DNA from: Marsupella aquatica
Lineage: Eukaryota > Plantae > Marchantiophyta
DNA length: 64,000 nucleotides
Assembly: GCA_973895155.1 (NCBI GenBank)
Contig: OZ316895.1
Span: 19,978,803 to 20,042,802, forward strand
Direction of reading: 5' to 3'
This document shows positions 60,882 to 64,000 of the stretch, piece after piece. The stretch's first letter is position 1, and each line of letters begins with the position of its first letter. A program made the position numbers and the translations under genes. A model generated the notes under the pieces. It saw nothing but the letters and a program-made list of their open reading frames with translations. It did not search any database and was not told the origin of the DNA.

Positions 60882-62198
60882 TTATAGCAGGGGCAGCATC
60901 ACCTCCCTATCTCCCTGCATGTGGCATGCCACGACCACGTCCACCACCCTACCCCCTCCTCTTCCTCTTCTCTGATCATGTGTACGGCATCCTCCTCTCC
61001 GTAACTCAGGATGGAGTAAGAAACACCTATCCTTGGTGTGTCCAGGAGCTCCACAATGATCACACTGTCGTTGATCAAGCGCTGATGCTCCTCTTGATCC
61101 TCTATGATCTAGGCAATATCTTTGTGCATGATCCCCACCACAGGTCCAACATCCTGACTGTTGTCTAGCATAAGAGGGCATAGGTCTCTGGTTGGTAGAC
61201 TCTCGTGCAGTAGGCTTCTTCCTCTAGCTCTTTCGTGTAGTAGGCTATGGTGTGGATGTAGATGCAGCCTTTGGTGCTTCCTTGCCAAATTCGGAAGTCA
61301 CCACCTTCTCATTCACCATATTGAGCTCAATGCGCTTAGAAAGGGTAAAAACAACTGCTAATGTGGGATCTGCATCCCTAAGTAGAGTGACATCTCTCAC
61401 TCTGCGTCGCAATTCTTTGTCCAAAATTGCATACCAAAACTGGACTGCTTGAGCCTCTGTCACTCACTTGGTGACAGTGATCAATCTGCGCATATGAGTG
61501 TATGCCTCACGTAGACTCTCTCCAGTCTTGCGCTGGAACTCCTAGAGACCCTTCAACTGATCAGTTCTCACACCCTGATAGTTCTGCTTTAGTACCTCAA
61601 AGAATTCCACCATAGGGTTAAATGCTGGTGCAACTCCTGTTCCTGTCACAATCACACCGGTAGGAGTAGCGGTGGATGCTGCTGGAGTGCTGCTGGTGGA
61701 TGGTGTGCCACTCTGGCTAGTGCTGCTAGAAGAAGCAGCAGCTGTGGCAATGGGTTGGGAAGCCGCACTAGTGCCATAGGTGATGGACACGTAATTAGGC
61801 GACCAATGATGCCTCCATGCCTCAATCTCAGCCAAATGAGCCTTCCGAAACTCATGGTAGTCATCCATGGGTGTCCCCTCCAAATGCTGAAATAATCCCT
61901 TCTATGCCATGAAAGGGGTAAACAACATGGCGTTACGCAATGTCTGCATATTGCACCACGTATCAAACTCCTGGATGAAGTCATCTAGATCAATTGTGCC
62001 AACTGCACCAGAGTATCGTCGTGGGCCCTTCGTAGCCTCGTACATCTCGTCCATATCCCACAACAAAGGTGCAACCACCTGATGACGAGGAGAACTGGTC
62101 ACTAAGTTCTCGTCGAAATCACTGTCTGAAGCTGCACTGCTGACTGCTACCAATGCCGTTGGACGAAAATGCGCCCCATTTCGAGTGAACCAGTTCAT
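60882..62198 (-). pseudogene. Gypsy Gag with two zinc knuckles
   Basis: Four ORF pieces in one frame: RYSG..LDDFIQEFD, F.RKTGESLREAY.HM, CWTCGGDHAQRYC and CDHCGAPGHTKDRC followed by RG-rich sequence. Confidence 0.8.
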
Positions 62199-64000
62199 CG
62201 TCCATCGGGTAACCCAGCAACACCAGAAGAATCCGTGGTGACCAACCTAACCTAATCTATATGCTAACCCTAAGGGCAATCTATCTCTGTCAGCAACACA
62301 AGCACTCAGCATGGTGTGTTGGGCATCACTCCAACATCACCAGGAGAGAAATACGTAGCACAACTAGAATGTCTGGTTGCAAACCATCACTCCTATAGAA
62401 TCAAGCGCCCACGCCAAACTAACATGGCGCATAAACAGGAAGCACATGTGGAGAGGATCCAATCAACAAGAAGATCAATAGTGATCATACATCAATCAAA
62501 CAATGTTCATAATGTTTAATGTGGGGCCTTCATAATAGGCCTCTCAATGTTCAATGTCGTAGCTAAGGATCCATGCACAATTGGTTCAATCCATGCATCT
62601 AGATGGATTCAGAAGCATCAAAAACCTTTAGGAGCTTATGATTTGGCCCAAAATGGCAATCTAAACAAACTAGAATGTGTATAAAATGCCTAAATGCTCA
62701 TTCTATTAACATCAAAGTGGAAATGAGTGTGTGTACACAAGAGCACTTAAGAACCACATAGTTGAGCGCATGGGGAAGGAATAGCTTTGGGATGGGTGAC
62801 CTCTCACTTGTAGTTCTGCACCAAAATGGCCGCTTCAAAATCAGCAGCTTGCAACTACTCCTCACGTACCAGCGGCTTACTGGCCCGCCCGCTCCTACTC
62901 CGCCCTCACGCCCCTCGTCCCGAGTTGCCTCGAAGCCTCGAAACATCGAGATGAGCCAAAGAGTGAGCCCGCAACGCTTCGATTTCACAACATTCAGAGT
63001 TTCCCCGAGAGTTCCGCCCCCTGTTTCCCTTCACAAAAGTTCGCGGCGGAGCAAAGTACAGTCCGTCTCCCGCATCGACGTACTGTCTTCGCAGATCTGC
63101 AACGAGCGTCGGTTTGGCAACATTCAAACTTTGCCTTCACAAAACGCATCAACATTCCTGGCGGGTGGATCCTTCCAGATCGGCGCACGACGGTCGCTTC
63201 GGATCAGTGCCAACAACGTACAGTCCGCACCGCCAAATCAGCAACATGTGACAGTCATTTCCTTCACAAAAATGTGGATGTCGCTTCTACTTGACAGCCG
63301 TCTCGATTACACTTAGCGCCGCGTCCCTTCGCGAAACCATTGGAGCCCGATTTGGCAACATGCAATAGTCGTTTCCTTCCAAGAAATGCAGGTTCAGTGT
63401 GCGGAGTGCATCGGTCTTCGGCAAGACTACAGATCCAGCAACATTTGCCGGATCGATCCCTTCACACATATGCGGGCGACAGCAGCACATTGTCCAATCG
63501 CAAATCAGCAGATCAAACATTCACCCCCCACAGAGCACCGCACTCAATCTAGTTGCAGCCAATTGGTACACAAACGATTAGAGCCACAGACAAGCTACAG
63601 ATCTGGCAAACCTCCAACTCCAGATCCGCTCAAGAATGAAACTCACACGATCTCAACTTGGATCCACATACCGGCGATCCAATCAAGCAATACAATGCAC
63701 GATCCGAGATACCACGAACCATCGTCGAACACAATCAAACTGAAAATCAAAGCTCTGTCCAACAACAACAGAGTCCGATGCCTGATCTTTCAATGTAATC
63801 TCAATACAATCGGCACAATGATCCCGGTCCACAATACCCCATCAATCCCGCACCGATCCGATCACACATGTATGTCAAGCCAACGCACCTTGCACTACTC
63901 AAGGAATCCACGTTACACAAGCGGAGCTCACAGCCACCATAGCCACACTCAAGCTTCACTCTCTCCAAGGCTCAACATTGAAAGATGACCTTTCAATGCC

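Larger units (their letters stand above)
55127..62198 (-). mobile_element. Decayed Ty3/gypsy (non-chromovirus, PHD-bearing) retrotransposon with an embedded C5 DNA methyltransferase; LTRs not identified in the window
   Basis: Collinear fragments: Gag with two zinc knuckles, protease VLLDTGA, DNMT, RT (RMCGDYRPIN, FSSLDL..GYH, FGLKNAPAEFQR, YIDDIL), RNase H, integrase and PHD. Fragments fall in shared reading frames separated mainly by point stops. Confidence 0.93.

Noticed and set aside
322-62198. All three genes and all three retroelements lie on the minus strand
   Set aside because: With six features this occurs by chance about 1 time in 32 and was noticed after the fact, so it is not evidence of a mechanism.
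63700-63715. PBS-like TGGTATCTCGG on the minus strand
   Set aside because: Only 7 nt match the tRNA-iMet PBS and there is no adjacent LTR CA terminus.
62762-63988. 184-aa and 200-aa plus-strand ORFs
   Set aside because: Low-complexity Ser/Pro/Arg/His content with no domain signal; probably chance ORFs in a GC-rich retroelement leader.

Overview
Eukaryotic nuclear DNA from a land plant: it has GT-AG introns and an Lhcb3 gene, and the transposon types suggest a non-seed plant (inference). Three intron-containing host genes lie on the minus strand: a P4-ATPase/ALA flippase that runs off the left edge and has a very long repetitive N-terminal extension, a desiccation-related PCC13-62 (ferritin-like) gene, and Lhcb3. 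Between them are two full-length Ty1/copia elements with paired LTRs and target-site duplications (a Tork/Tnt1-like copy at 11950-17963 and a Bianca-like copy at 27427-34229), MITE-like elements and minisatellites. The standout feature is a decayed Ty3/gypsy element at about 55.1-62.2 kb. Its polyprotein reads Gag - protease - C5 cytosine DNA methyltransferase (DNMT3-like motifs I, IV, VI, VIII, IX, X) - RT - RNase H - integrase - PHD finger, so it encodes both a DNA-methylation writer and a histone reader. All calls come from reading the sequence by eye; no database searches were run.
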